This document shows, in pieces, positions 46,621 to 54,888 of a DNA stretch of 54,888 bases. The position numbers and the translations under genes are program-made. Below the pieces are notes generated by a model, which was given only the letters and a program-made list of their open reading frames with translations, had not been told where the DNA came from and did not search any database. This DNA comes from a virus. Taxonomy: Duplodnaviria; Caudoviricetes. Where the stretch lies: positions 1-54,888 of the IMG/VR virus record IMGVR_UViG_3300033143_002805, one strand, 5' to 3'. The number at the start of each line of letters is the position of its first letter. Positions within the stretch are counted from its first letter, which is position 1.

Positions 46621-47063
46621 TTGGTATAATAGTTGATGAGATTGTTAACTCCCCTCAAAATTACTTCTTATTTAAAACATTAAATGAGCTGTCAAAATCT
46701 CATGACTGCTACCTTTTCACAAGCGGAATAAAAGAACTGCCTATAGAGAACAAATTCTCTATCATGCAGCAGCTAGAAGCGTTGCATCATCCTGGTATTT
46801 TAATTAGCACAACAATGCTTAACGCACAGATCGCAGCTAATTCTCTAACCGCGACCAAAAAATACTATTACATATGGAACTTTGAATGGACGATGCTAAA
46901 TCAATTTGCATTTCATCAACTAGATAAAATATTTTACAATGACGATGTAGAACTGATAGCTAACAGTAGTACCCACAACCATCTTCTAACCCAGTTGTTT
47001 AAATCGCCCATAGGTATAGTCTATAACTGGGATCGAAAATCACTGGAGAAGGTAATATTATAA
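46617..47063 (+). CDS. Hypothetical protein, GT N-terminal-like
   Basis: LISTT..KYYYIWNFEW..LIANS pattern. Confidence 0.55.
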   Translation: MIGIIVDEIVNSPQNYFLFKTLNELSKSHDCYLFTSGIKELPIENKFSIMQQLEALHHPGILISTTMLNAQIAANSLTATKKYYYIWNFEWTMLNQFAFHQLDKIFYNDDVELIANSSTHNHLLTQLFKSPIGIVYNWDRKSLEKVIL

Positions 47064-47848
47064 TGGACTTTTTTAATAAAAATGACGAAGAACGACTTGC
47101 AACCTATAATAGCTTCTATCATGATTCTAATATGAGTTGGGCTGAGATTGCCAAGATGGTTGACACCTATCCTAATCGGGTACGTCGTGACGCTATTAAG
47201 CTAGGGATTAAGTCTCGCAATAAGTCCGAGGCCCAAAAAGTAGCCATTTCAGAAGGGCGACATGAGCATCCCACAGAGGGTAAAACTCAATCAAAAGAAA
47301 CTAGAGAGAAAATCAGCATTAGTCAGGGTAAAATATGGGATGATTTGACCGAAAACCAGAGAGAACTAAGGTCCGAGATTGGCCTAGAATCGTGGAATAA
47401 AAAAACCACGCATGAGAAGGCGGACTTCTTTAAAAAGAGCAGCGAGGCGATCCGAGAGGCGTCGAGACATGGGTCTAAAGTAGAGTTGCAGCTATTTGAT
47501 TTGCTGATTCGAGCCGGATATCGAGTGGAGAAGCATAAAGAGCACCTTCTACAGAACGAAAGGTTCCATCTTGACCTCTACGTTCCAGCCGTCAGAACAG
47601 CTATTGAGGTTGACGGACCCCTACACTTTAAGCCTGTCTTTGGAGAAGATAAATTAAAGCGTCGTCAGGCGGCAGATCAACAGAAAAATGGTCTGGTTTT
47701 ATCTGCGGGAATGGTACTTATCAGAGTAAAATTAACTAAGAGAGAATCACAACGCTACCTACGAGATATCTGGAAAAGCGTAGAAGAGATTCTAAACACA
47801 ATAGCGAAGAAGTTCCCACCCAAACATGAAAGGTATTTCGAAATATGA
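47063..47848 (+). CDS. HTH + NUMOD3-like + DUF559/Vsr-like endonuclease
   Basis: SWAEIAK, S.ETREKIS, LDLY..AIEVDGPLH..D..KN. Confidence 0.75.
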   Translation: MDFFNKNDEERLATYNSFYHDSNMSWAEIAKMVDTYPNRVRRDAIKLGIKSRNKSEAQKVAISEGRHEHPTEGKTQSKETREKISISQGKIWDDLTENQRELRSEIGLESWNKKTTHEKADFFKKSSEAIREASRHGSKVELQLFDLLIRAGYRVEKHKEHLLQNERFHLDLYVPAVRTAIEVDGPLHFKPVFGEDKLKRRQAADQQKNGLVLSAGMVLIRVKLTKRESQRYLRDIWKSVEEILNTIAKKFPPKHERYFEI

Positions 47849-48600
47849 CCAAAGTACAAGAGGAAGCAGAAGCTATTGAGGGAATGATCGACGAAATAAT
47901 TGAAGATAAAGTGGTCGCAGTCGAAGTCGAAGAGAATAATAGAAAATGTACTGACGTTGATTGGGTTGATTATATCCTCGACCAGCTAGCCGACCATGAA
48001 CTTGCTCAGGGCAATCCAACGACTGACGGCTTACGTAGGGTAGCAGAGAAAGAATTCGGTCAAATTGTTTTGTCTGATACCGATATCCTAGAGATTCCCG
48101 ATAAAGCGTTAACCGGAAAAGTTACCGCTAAACATACTCTTGTTTTTCAACGACACGACGGTAAAGGCACTCTGCGTGTAAGTGCCTGTGTCGATGTTAT
48201 CGGAACCAAACTTCCCGCTCCGTTCAATCAACACCTTGTAGCTACTGCGTGTACCCGAGCAGAAGGCAAGGCTCTTCGTAGAGCACTTAAGATTCGTGTA
48301 CAAACAGCGGAGGAGTTGATGACTGCGGAAGACCCCGAAGATGATAACGGGGGAGATCCAATCAACGATCAGCAGTTACTGGCTATCAACCAATTGTGCA
48401 AACGTAATAACCTAAATGTTGTCTTGGTTATTAAAGAAGTTGCTAAATCTATGAAGAAACTGGTAGATGTTAAGAACATTCAAGGTCGTCACATCCTAAC
48501 CAATCTGGCAGAATATCAACGTAATCAGTCTACTATTGACGATTCGCTAGTAGGCTATAATGAAAACTGGAAAGAAGACCTGGGAGGCAAGAAGAAATGA
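47845..48600 (+). CDS. Possible single-strand annealing (Rad52/RecT-like) protein
   Basis: ATACTRAEGKALRRAL..TAEEL resembles SSAP C-terminal core motifs. Confidence 0.45.
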   Translation: MTKVQEEAEAIEGMIDEIIEDKVVAVEVEENNRKCTDVDWVDYILDQLADHELAQGNPTTDGLRRVAEKEFGQIVLSDTDILEIPDKALTGKVTAKHTLVFQRHDGKGTLRVSACVDVIGTKLPAPFNQHLVATACTRAEGKALRRALKIRVQTAEELMTAEDPEDDNGGDPINDQQLLAINQLCKRNNLNVVLVIKEVAKSMKKLVDVKNIQGRHILTNLAEYQRNQSTIDDSLVGYNENWKEDLGGKKK

Positions 48601-48989
48601 CTGTAACGGCGAGAATTAAAGCAACCAATGATCTATGGTTTGATGTAACGGCTGAAACTGAGCCAGAACTATTCCGTGGTATAGCACGTATCCAGGAGGT
48701 ATTTGCTGTTAAGTGTTGCGGCAAATGTAAGAACACTGATGTTAAGTTTGTAGTTAGAGCTGCTAGTAAGAAGAGTCAGTGGCTAGAGGTTGTCTGTCAA
48801 AATAGAAGCTGTAACGCTAAACTGGTATATAGCTCGACCGAGGATCTGAGTAAGGTATATCCTAAAATTACCTGGAATAGCTTATCGGTTGCTCAAAAGG
48901 CAAGCCGGGCAGAGGAAGAGAAATACGCAGAAGCACACAATGGCTATCTACCTGATAATGGTTGGTACGTGTATAAGAAAATTGAATAG
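48597..48989 (+). CDS. Hypothetical Zn-binding protein
   Basis: CGKC..C....C; ATGA coupling. Confidence 0.7.
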   Translation: MTVTARIKATNDLWFDVTAETEPELFRGIARIQEVFAVKCCGKCKNTDVKFVVRAASKKSQWLEVVCQNRSCNAKLVYSSTEDLSKVYPKITWNSLSVAQKASRAEEEKYAEAHNGYLPDNGWYVYKKIE

Positions 48990-49007
48990 TCAACTACGGC
49001 CATTTGA

Positions 49008-49046
49008 AAATAAAGAGGGAAGGCTTTTGGCCTTCCTTTTTTTATT
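49008..49046. terminator. Bidirectional terminator between convergent units
   Basis: A-rich-GAGGGAAGGC / GCCTTCC-T-rich hairpin at the strand switch. Confidence 0.8.
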
Positions 49047-49302
49047 ACTCTTCCGGTGAAGACTTCTGTCGATAAGGAAATATCCGATTTAAGAATTGAC
49101 GCCGCTTATGACAACCACACCATCGCATACCCGAAGCTTTTTGTATATTTTCTTCTGTAAGGCCAAACTTAGCAAATACCTTTTGTAAAGTATCGCCCAA
49201 GCCTGTTGAATCCTTATTCTGGAAATTATCAAGTCGTATATCTTCCTCTTTTTCAAGATGAGCCACGACTTCATCTACCTTCTTTTGTAGTTCACCACTC
49301 AT
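49045..49302 (-). CDS. Small phage protein with GLGD..CGC..R..LN motif
   Basis: GGGAG RBS; GLGDT..F..WCGCHKRRQFLN. Confidence 0.75.
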   Translation of the reverse strand: MSGELQKKVDEVVAHLEKEEDIRLDNFQNKDSTGLGDTLQKVFAKFGLTEENIQKASGMRWCGCHKRRQFLNRIFPYRQKSSPEE

Positions 49303-49314
49303 GTTTTTTCTCCC

Positions 49315-52300
49315 TTAAGCACAAGAACATCCTGAGCCGCATGATGTTACGATTCTGTTTCCGGCACACGTAGTAAATCCAGCTAAAGTTGCACAAGTAA
49401 AGGCAACATTGGTTACGTACGCACCAACCTTGGTTACATCGATATCACATACATAATCACAAGACCATGTACTTACGTTAGTAAATCCAGCTACTTTTAC
49501 AGCCAACTCACCGTCCCAAGTATCGAATTCGCCACCGCACGTTGTCGTTCCTCCATCCCCCAGTTGAATAGCAAAGTCGTTGCCAAATTGAAGATCAGAA
49601 ACTTGTACGAACTGTTTTGCCACACAGCCAGCATCAAAACCGTTAATATTAAAGTTATTGAAAATAATGAGGGAACAGTCGCCGCAAGAGTCAAAACCAA
49701 TACCACGGCCAGCGTGTAAGTCTGTAATGTAGCTCGCGGGCTTACGGTTACAATAAGGTCCACAAGAATCTTCGATTGGAGGACAGCCCGAAGGTGAGTA
49801 ACAAAGCCAATTTTCAGGTACTTGTCCAGTCACACAGTCTACATTATATTTTTCAGTTTGACCGGGAAAATCACACATACTCATGAAAATCGGATTATGG
49901 ACTTGCTTAGCACAGGCTCCTTCGCCCGGTACCGATGCAATTGACAAGCCAGGACCAAAGCGTAATTCCGTTGTAAAAGTATCAGGCGTGGGAATTTCGC
50001 CGGTATTACATACTACTTCTGCTATCCTGATACCCGCAGTAAGTTCATAGTGACAGTCGTGCGGAGTTTCGGCATCCGATGGCTTGAACTCTAAGCTAAG
50101 TCCACTACCAAGAGTTAGGTATCTAAAATCTTTCCAAGCACCCGTACTGGGAATACCCACACCAGTCGCTGGACACCTATTGACATCTCGTATTCTTTGG
50201 ATCTGTTGAATAGTAAATTCACACGTACCAGCATTAGTTTCGATTACCTCTGAACCACTAAAGACAAGATGAGCAAATTGCTGGCCAGTTGGCGTGGTGG
50301 TGACACATGCACCACTACCAGCTACTGTATGAGGAGCAGTTACTTTCCATATACAACAATCTGCGTCATATTCTGATGTTATTCCAGTAGAAAAATGTAG
50401 TTGTTTGAAAAAGGCTCCTGGAATTCCAACAGCCTGAGTACCGCAAGGAAGGTCATTGCCCGTAGCTGTTACTGTTGAATCTATTCTATACTTGCATCCT
50501 TCTGGTGGACCATACCCGGTGAAAGCTAAACCCGATCCCATAACAATAGTTGAAAAAACTTGCTCATAAATAGGTGCAAGTCCTGTTCCTGTTGCACAGG
50601 TATGAAGACCACTAATAAATTGCGGAGCTGAAACAAAAGCGGCACAGCCGTCTTGATATAACTGCAACCCACTGCCCAAATGTAATTCTGTATAGTTAAA
50701 TCCGGTAACAGGAGAACTCAGGCAACCAGTAACTCGACCAGTAATGTAAAGGTTGGTGTCTAGTCTAACTACGCATTCGGATTGTTTAGTTAATAAAATA
50801 CCGCTTCCAATCTCTGTCAAAAGAGACTGGAAAGGACCAACTCCTGTGTTTAGCTGGGAACAAATGCCAGAAACACCAGAATATTCGGGTACCACGCCAT
50901 CAACTCGCCACTCACAACCGTCTTGAGTAGACTGTAAGCCTGTGCCAAAAATTAAGCACTCAAAGGTATGCGGACCGACTCCTGGTGCCCCAGAGCTGCA
51001 TTTGGTACTATAGCCCGAAGCAGATATAATACTGCTCAAAATCGCATCGCAATCCGGGCCGCCTGTTGATCTGTCCGTCATTAGTAGGCCAGTACTAGCA
51101 ACTATGCGGCCTGCAGTGAACTGAGGCACTGCGTCTCGCCCGCATACCCCCGTTCCACTGAGTGTCATTAGGGACGGTGTTCCACTAATAAGGGCAGTGC
51201 AAGAGTCTTCTGTTGTAACGCTTAAGTTACCAACAAATTTCAGCAATTCAAATGGACTATTAGTTTCTAATCCAGCTGCCGGATTACATAGGTCAGATAC
51301 GTCAAGCTCGTGACCACTGACTCCAACACCTCCACCCGTAATACCAACAAAGATATCTCGCTGGCAATCCTCCCCACCTAAGGCCGTAGTAATATTAAAG
51401 CGTAATCGGGACAATCCGCATGAACTTATCCCAGTTTCACAGTCAAAGAGAATACGTTTAATATCATACCAAGTATCCTCCGCTTGACCTCCAGCACTAC
51501 AAGCAACATCTAAGCGGTTTGCAGGGAACGCATAATATTCACAATCTACGTTATCGTAGTAAACAGGAATTTTACCGATACCAGTCGGTGGCTGTATTGT
51601 CCAAGGCCAAGATATGCTAGCTGTTTTATCCGCTATGGTTGACCCAGTAGCGTCTTCTACTACTTTACCATTCTCAATAGTAGAAATAGGATAACTAATA
51701 ACACACGTACCAGTTGGAGTAACGTGGAGCGGTCTTGGTGGCTGGGGAGTAGTCCATACTCCACGCTCTCTATCATAACGTAGATCGAGCGGAGCCATTG
51801 GCCATGTTTTAGGTTTTTGTAGCCAGCTATCTAGAAATTTATCCTCTAAAGAACTACTTACAAATGTGCCAGCTTCTGCACCGGCAACACTATCAGCTTT
51901 ATTTGGAATAGGCTTACCACAATCATCATAACCCCATTGCTGGATAAGCAGCGGTCCACGCAATGCAAAGAAGCGATAATCTACCGCGTAGCCCTCGCCG
52001 CCATCATCACCTTCTATAATTGCCCAACCACCAGACGGTGGGGCAACATTACGACCCAATATCTCGATATCATGCCCAGACAATGGGGTATCAGAACGGT
52101 CAGTAGGTAAACTTTCACTTGGGTTAGCCAAAGGGTCTAAATATGCACGAGTAACAGAAAGACTAGTATATTCGATGATTGGTGGATCGGACTGCCTACT
52201 CTTACCCGGCATACCTGAGCAATAGTCACTGCTAGACGCCGCGAATGGAGATAGCCCACCATCACCAGACTTAGAGACAGGACGTAGAAGGCCATCCATA

Positions 52301-54888
52301 CTCATTACGGCTACGGTGCTATATATGGTATCTGACTGACAAGCTAAGGTCAACTCGCGAACAGGTTGAGTATTAATCTCTGGTCGATCACCAGCAGTAT
52401 AACGACCCACATAACAATGATGAGCAGATTTAGGTGATCGATCACTACGGGCAAGTTGTGACGCCAACATTTGACGGGCTCGGGCAATAGAAGCACCAAC
52501 CTGCCTACGTAATAATTGACCAGCACGAAGATTACGCAAGTTGCTTAGCCGAGTCTGGCCAATATTCTTCAAACGTTCTGCATTGTCTTTATTGAACCTA
52601 CCAAAGGCAGGAGTATATGTACTGAATTGATACTGGGTAGTAAAACCATTTGGCCCCACACTCACAGTTATGCTAGTTACGTTTGGGCCGAATTCCCCAG
52701 TCCACTTGTTCATGGGAACATGAACATAAGGTAGTGTCGCAGCACATAGATCAGTATTGAATGTACGTGTGCCTACATACTTTTGAGCCCCTTGAGAATT
52801 TGGAGGCGAAGTTGCATCGACGGAAAACAGTTCGGCACCAATTGGAATATTCGGGAAACCAGCTACGGTAATAGATCCACGTTCACCCTTACGCATCTGA
52901 GTTACAGAGCTAGCCACCTTGTTCAGGGCGGCTTGATACATGATGTTGTCACTACCATACTCCCACGGAACAAAGCCTTCATCTGTTTCTAGATTCACCT
53001 GTCCCGGCAATCCCACTACGCCCCAAGGGCCATAAACTTGTACATGGTTCCAGGTAGGAGCTAACGCGGCACTAGGAGCTAAGGCGAATGGAACAGCACC
53101 CAAAAGCCAATTACCACGATCAATTATATTGATCTTGACATCGACCAGACCAGACCCGTTTAGCATAATATCTAGCCCACCGTATGGTTCAATCATATTG
53201 TTCGTATCACTAGTTCTATTAGTGATAGGGGAGCCAGTTTTCAATAAGAAAGAAATAGTAGATGAAGCGGGGGCTAATGGCGTACCAAATACCCATTGCT
53301 CGTCTACGTCAGCTTTAACCCAGATATCGTCAACACCGTCAGTAATATAGTTGTCGTCTCCCAGCTTAGAGGGGTCAGCTGTAAATGAAAAGGCACCACC
53401 ACCGATACGTTGTGCGGCTATCCCTGGAAATTTAACAATAGGTTGATACTTACCTACTTCATCTCGGAAGAAATCTGAGGCAGCAGTATCATGAGTTAAG
53501 CCTAAGACTGTAGAAGTGCCATCATTAATCCAACAGCCCTCAGTAGAAGGCTCATGAGAATATCGTAATTTTTGAGATTCAAGGTCAGTAGTAAAGCAGA
53601 CAAAGGAAGTAGCATTCGCCAACCATTGCTTACCATAAAACTCATCGGCAAAGGAACGTACAAACTCAAAAACCTTATCTAAATCTTTAGCATTTGGGGC
53701 AGTGAGAGATTGATCAGTGGCGTGGTCATCTTTTAAGCCTACTCTCCATGCGTGTGCCGGGCGAGGCTCTTCCAGAGCCTTTTTGACCAAGTCATGTCTA
53801 AAGTTCGGGACTTGCTTAGTGAGCCGAAGCCAAGTCGCAAAATCATTATTTACTAGTAGAGCTACCTCTTTCCATGAATCTATATCACTTAAGGCAGCAC
53901 GAAGCTCTCGCTCGGTAATCCAGTGAAACTGGCCCGCAAAAGGAGTAAAAAGAGTAGTGTTTAGTCTAGACAGGTCCATATGGACTTGATATTCACCACC
54001 TACTACCGCTGCCTGAATCAACGAACCGTCTATATCTACACCCCAAAACGGTAACATATTAGATGCTTCGGCCTCAAAGCCCTCACGTATTGCTCCGCCA
54101 ATAAGGTAGGTGGAAGTATCTTCATTCCGAATCTCTTCCCCCTGTGTATACGACAATACACCCCCATTCGCTTGTCCTGCTTGGGCTTCTTTGGCGGCTA
54201 TGAAGTCGTCTAATATACCCAACTGGGGCTGGGTAGAACGTACCGCTATACGTACCTTGATTACCTTAAGTACTTTACTACCATTCTTTACCGGCAGCAA
54301 CTCAACATAATAGTCACAACCTGCATCTGAACAGACCTGACTTATCATTTCCATTAGGCTAATATTTGGACCGGAGATTCTGTAGTACAAAGGAGAAAAA
54401 GGAATCTCGGTTAGATCCAGAAGATAGTGACCAATATTAAGGTTAACATTAGGTAACGCTTGGAACGCGGGATCGGTGATAACATCGTCTCGCTTAATGA
54501 TACCGTATCCATCCTCGGACGGGTCAGGACCAACATATACTATTCTATTGTCTCTACAATACCCAGTATATAGACTCTTGGCTAGAACTTGATCTGAAGA
54601 AGAAGTTAGTGTATGGACAGCACACTTGACATCGTTCCATACCATACCTCGACTATTAGCTTGGTTGCCGATAGGGTTGTCAGATGTAACGCCACCTATA
54701 GCACCAGCAGGAGATGAAGTACAAGTCGCTCCCAAACTTTCCACGAAGCCGTAAGCGTTGAGTAGATTCCAAACGCCAGAGGTAGCACCAGGAAAGTCAT
54801 TGACAATTACCTGAACCTTTTCAATGATGACTCGGGGATCGACCAGATTGACCGTGAAAACAGGATTACCATTGGCATCGTTTTTTTG
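49315..54888 (-). CDS. Very large virion/tail protein with Cys-rich repeat C-terminus (5' partial)
   Basis: Frame stays open to the window edge (QKNDANGNPVFTVNLVDPR..), so at least 1857 aa; tail/baseplate-hub-like N-terminal part, then about 12 Cys-containing G.G-hydrophobic repeats. Confidence 0.75.
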   Translation of the reverse strand, partial: QKNDANGNPVFTVNLVDPRVIIEKVQVIVNDFPGATSGVWNLLNAYGFVESLGATCTSSPAGAIGGVTSDNPIGNQANSRGMVWNDVKCAVHTLTSSSDQVLAKSLYTGYCRDNRIVYVGPDPSEDGYGIIKRDDVITDPAFQALPNVNLNIGHYLLDLTEIPFSPLYYRISGPNISLMEMISQVCSDAGCDYYVELLPVKNGSKVLKVIKVRIAVRSTQPQLGILDDFIAAKEAQAGQANGGVLSYTQGEEIRNEDTSTYLIGGAIREGFEAEASNMLPFWGVDIDGSLIQAAVVGGEYQVHMDLSRLNTTLFTPFAGQFHWITERELRAALSDIDSWKEVALLVNNDFATWLRLTKQVPNFRHDLVKKALEEPRPAHAWRVGLKDDHATDQSLTAPNAKDLDKVFEFVRSFADEFYGKQWLANATSFVCFTTDLESQKLRYSHEPSTEGCWINDGTSTVLGLTHDTAASDFFRDEVGKYQPIVKFPGIAAQRIGGGAFSFTADPSKLGDDNYITDGVDDIWVKADVDEQWVFGTPLAPASSTISFLLKTGSPITNRTSDTNNMIEPYGGLDIMLNGSGLVDVKINIIDRGNWLLGAVPFALAPSAALAPTWNHVQVYGPWGVVGLPGQVNLETDEGFVPWEYGSDNIMYQAALNKVASSVTQMRKGERGSITVAGFPNIPIGAELFSVDATSPPNSQGAQKYVGTRTFNTDLCAATLPYVHVPMNKWTGEFGPNVTSITVSVGPNGFTTQYQFSTYTPAFGRFNKDNAERLKNIGQTRLSNLRNLRAGQLLRRQVGASIARARQMLASQLARSDRSPKSAHHCYVGRYTAGDRPEINTQPVRELTLACQSDTIYSTVAVMSMDGLLRPVSKSGDGGLSPFAASSSDYCSGMPGKSRQSDPPIIEYTSLSVTRAYLDPLANPSESLPTDRSDTPLSGHDIEILGRNVAPPSGGWAIIEGDDGGEGYAVDYRFFALRGPLLIQQWGYDDCGKPIPNKADSVAGAEAGTFVSSSLEDKFLDSWLQKPKTWPMAPLDLRYDRERGVWTTPQPPRPLHVTPTGTCVISYPISTIENGKVVEDATGSTIADKTASISWPWTIQPPTGIGKIPVYYDNVDCEYYAFPANRLDVACSAGGQAEDTWYDIKRILFDCETGISSCGLSRLRFNITTALGGEDCQRDIFVGITGGGVGVSGHELDVSDLCNPAAGLETNSPFELLKFVGNLSVTTEDSCTALISGTPSLMTLSGTGVCGRDAVPQFTAGRIVASTGLLMTDRSTGGPDCDAILSSIISASGYSTKCSSGAPGVGPHTFECLIFGTGLQSTQDGCEWRVDGVVPEYSGVSGICSQLNTGVGPFQSLLTEIGSGILLTKQSECVVRLDTNLYITGRVTGCLSSPVTGFNYTELHLGSGLQLYQDGCAAFVSAPQFISGLHTCATGTGLAPIYEQVFSTIVMGSGLAFTGYGPPEGCKYRIDSTVTATGNDLPCGTQAVGIPGAFFKQLHFSTGITSEYDADCCIWKVTAPHTVAGSGACVTTTPTGQQFAHLVFSGSEVIETNAGTCEFTIQQIQRIRDVNRCPATGVGIPSTGAWKDFRYLTLGSGLSLEFKPSDAETPHDCHYELTAGIRIAEVVCNTGEIPTPDTFTTELRFGPGLSIASVPGEGACAKQVHNPIFMSMCDFPGQTEKYNVDCVTGQVPENWLCYSPSGCPPIEDSCGPYCNRKPASYITDLHAGRGIGFDSCGDCSLIIFNNFNINGFDAGCVAKQFVQVSDLQFGNDFAIQLGDGGTTTCGGEFDTWDGELAVKVAGFTNVSTWSCDYVCDIDVTKVGAYVTNVAFTCATLAGFTTCAGNRIVTSCGSGCSCA

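Noticed and set aside
100-54310. Short antisense or out-of-frame ORFs in the track (e.g. 15082..15492, 21919..22263, 52783..52992)
   Set aside because: They lie within well-supported genes and show no motifs; treated as shadow ORFs.
54742-54744. ORF-track start of the 1809-aa protein
   Set aside because: The frame is open for 48 more codons to the window edge, so the true start probably lies outside.
1-54888. Stop-codon reassignment
   Set aside because: Genes are intact and tightly packed under the standard code, and TAA, TAG and TGA all end genes at sensible places.
49315-54888. Diversity-generating retroelement targeting the tail protein
   Set aside because: No reverse transcriptase and no TR/VR pair differing at adenines was seen in the window.

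Overview
This window is a 54.9 kb segment of a large tailed bacteriophage genome. It is gene-dense, uses the standard genetic code, and is almost all + strand until a convergent terminator at about 49.0 kb. It encodes nucleotide metabolism (dUTPase, GuaC, ThyA, dCMP deaminase, class II NrdJ, dNMP kinase) and a replication/recombination block (RecA-like protein with an intein, DnaB, DnaG, a Cas4-like nuclease with an intein, DnaE split into two genes, a DEDDh exonuclease). It also has a sigma factor, a long cluster of glycosyltransferase-like genes, a membrane/peptidase cluster and the 3' part of a very large Cys-rich virion protein. A Tat-signal DUF1501 protein and other genes point to a Planctomycetota host (inference). 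The most unusual features are: (1) an array of short gene cassettes at 34.7-37.0 kb, each fused to a repeated RBS/stop/start junction (R-rich TTGAYAAATG), lying between the two DnaE halves; (2) a structured leader with a terminator upstream of nrdJ; (3) two class-3-type inteins that begin with Asp and Gly; (4) an intein-less split DnaE. No tRNA, rRNA, CRISPR array, integrase or reverse transcriptase was seen. All family calls come from motif recognition by eye, not database searches.
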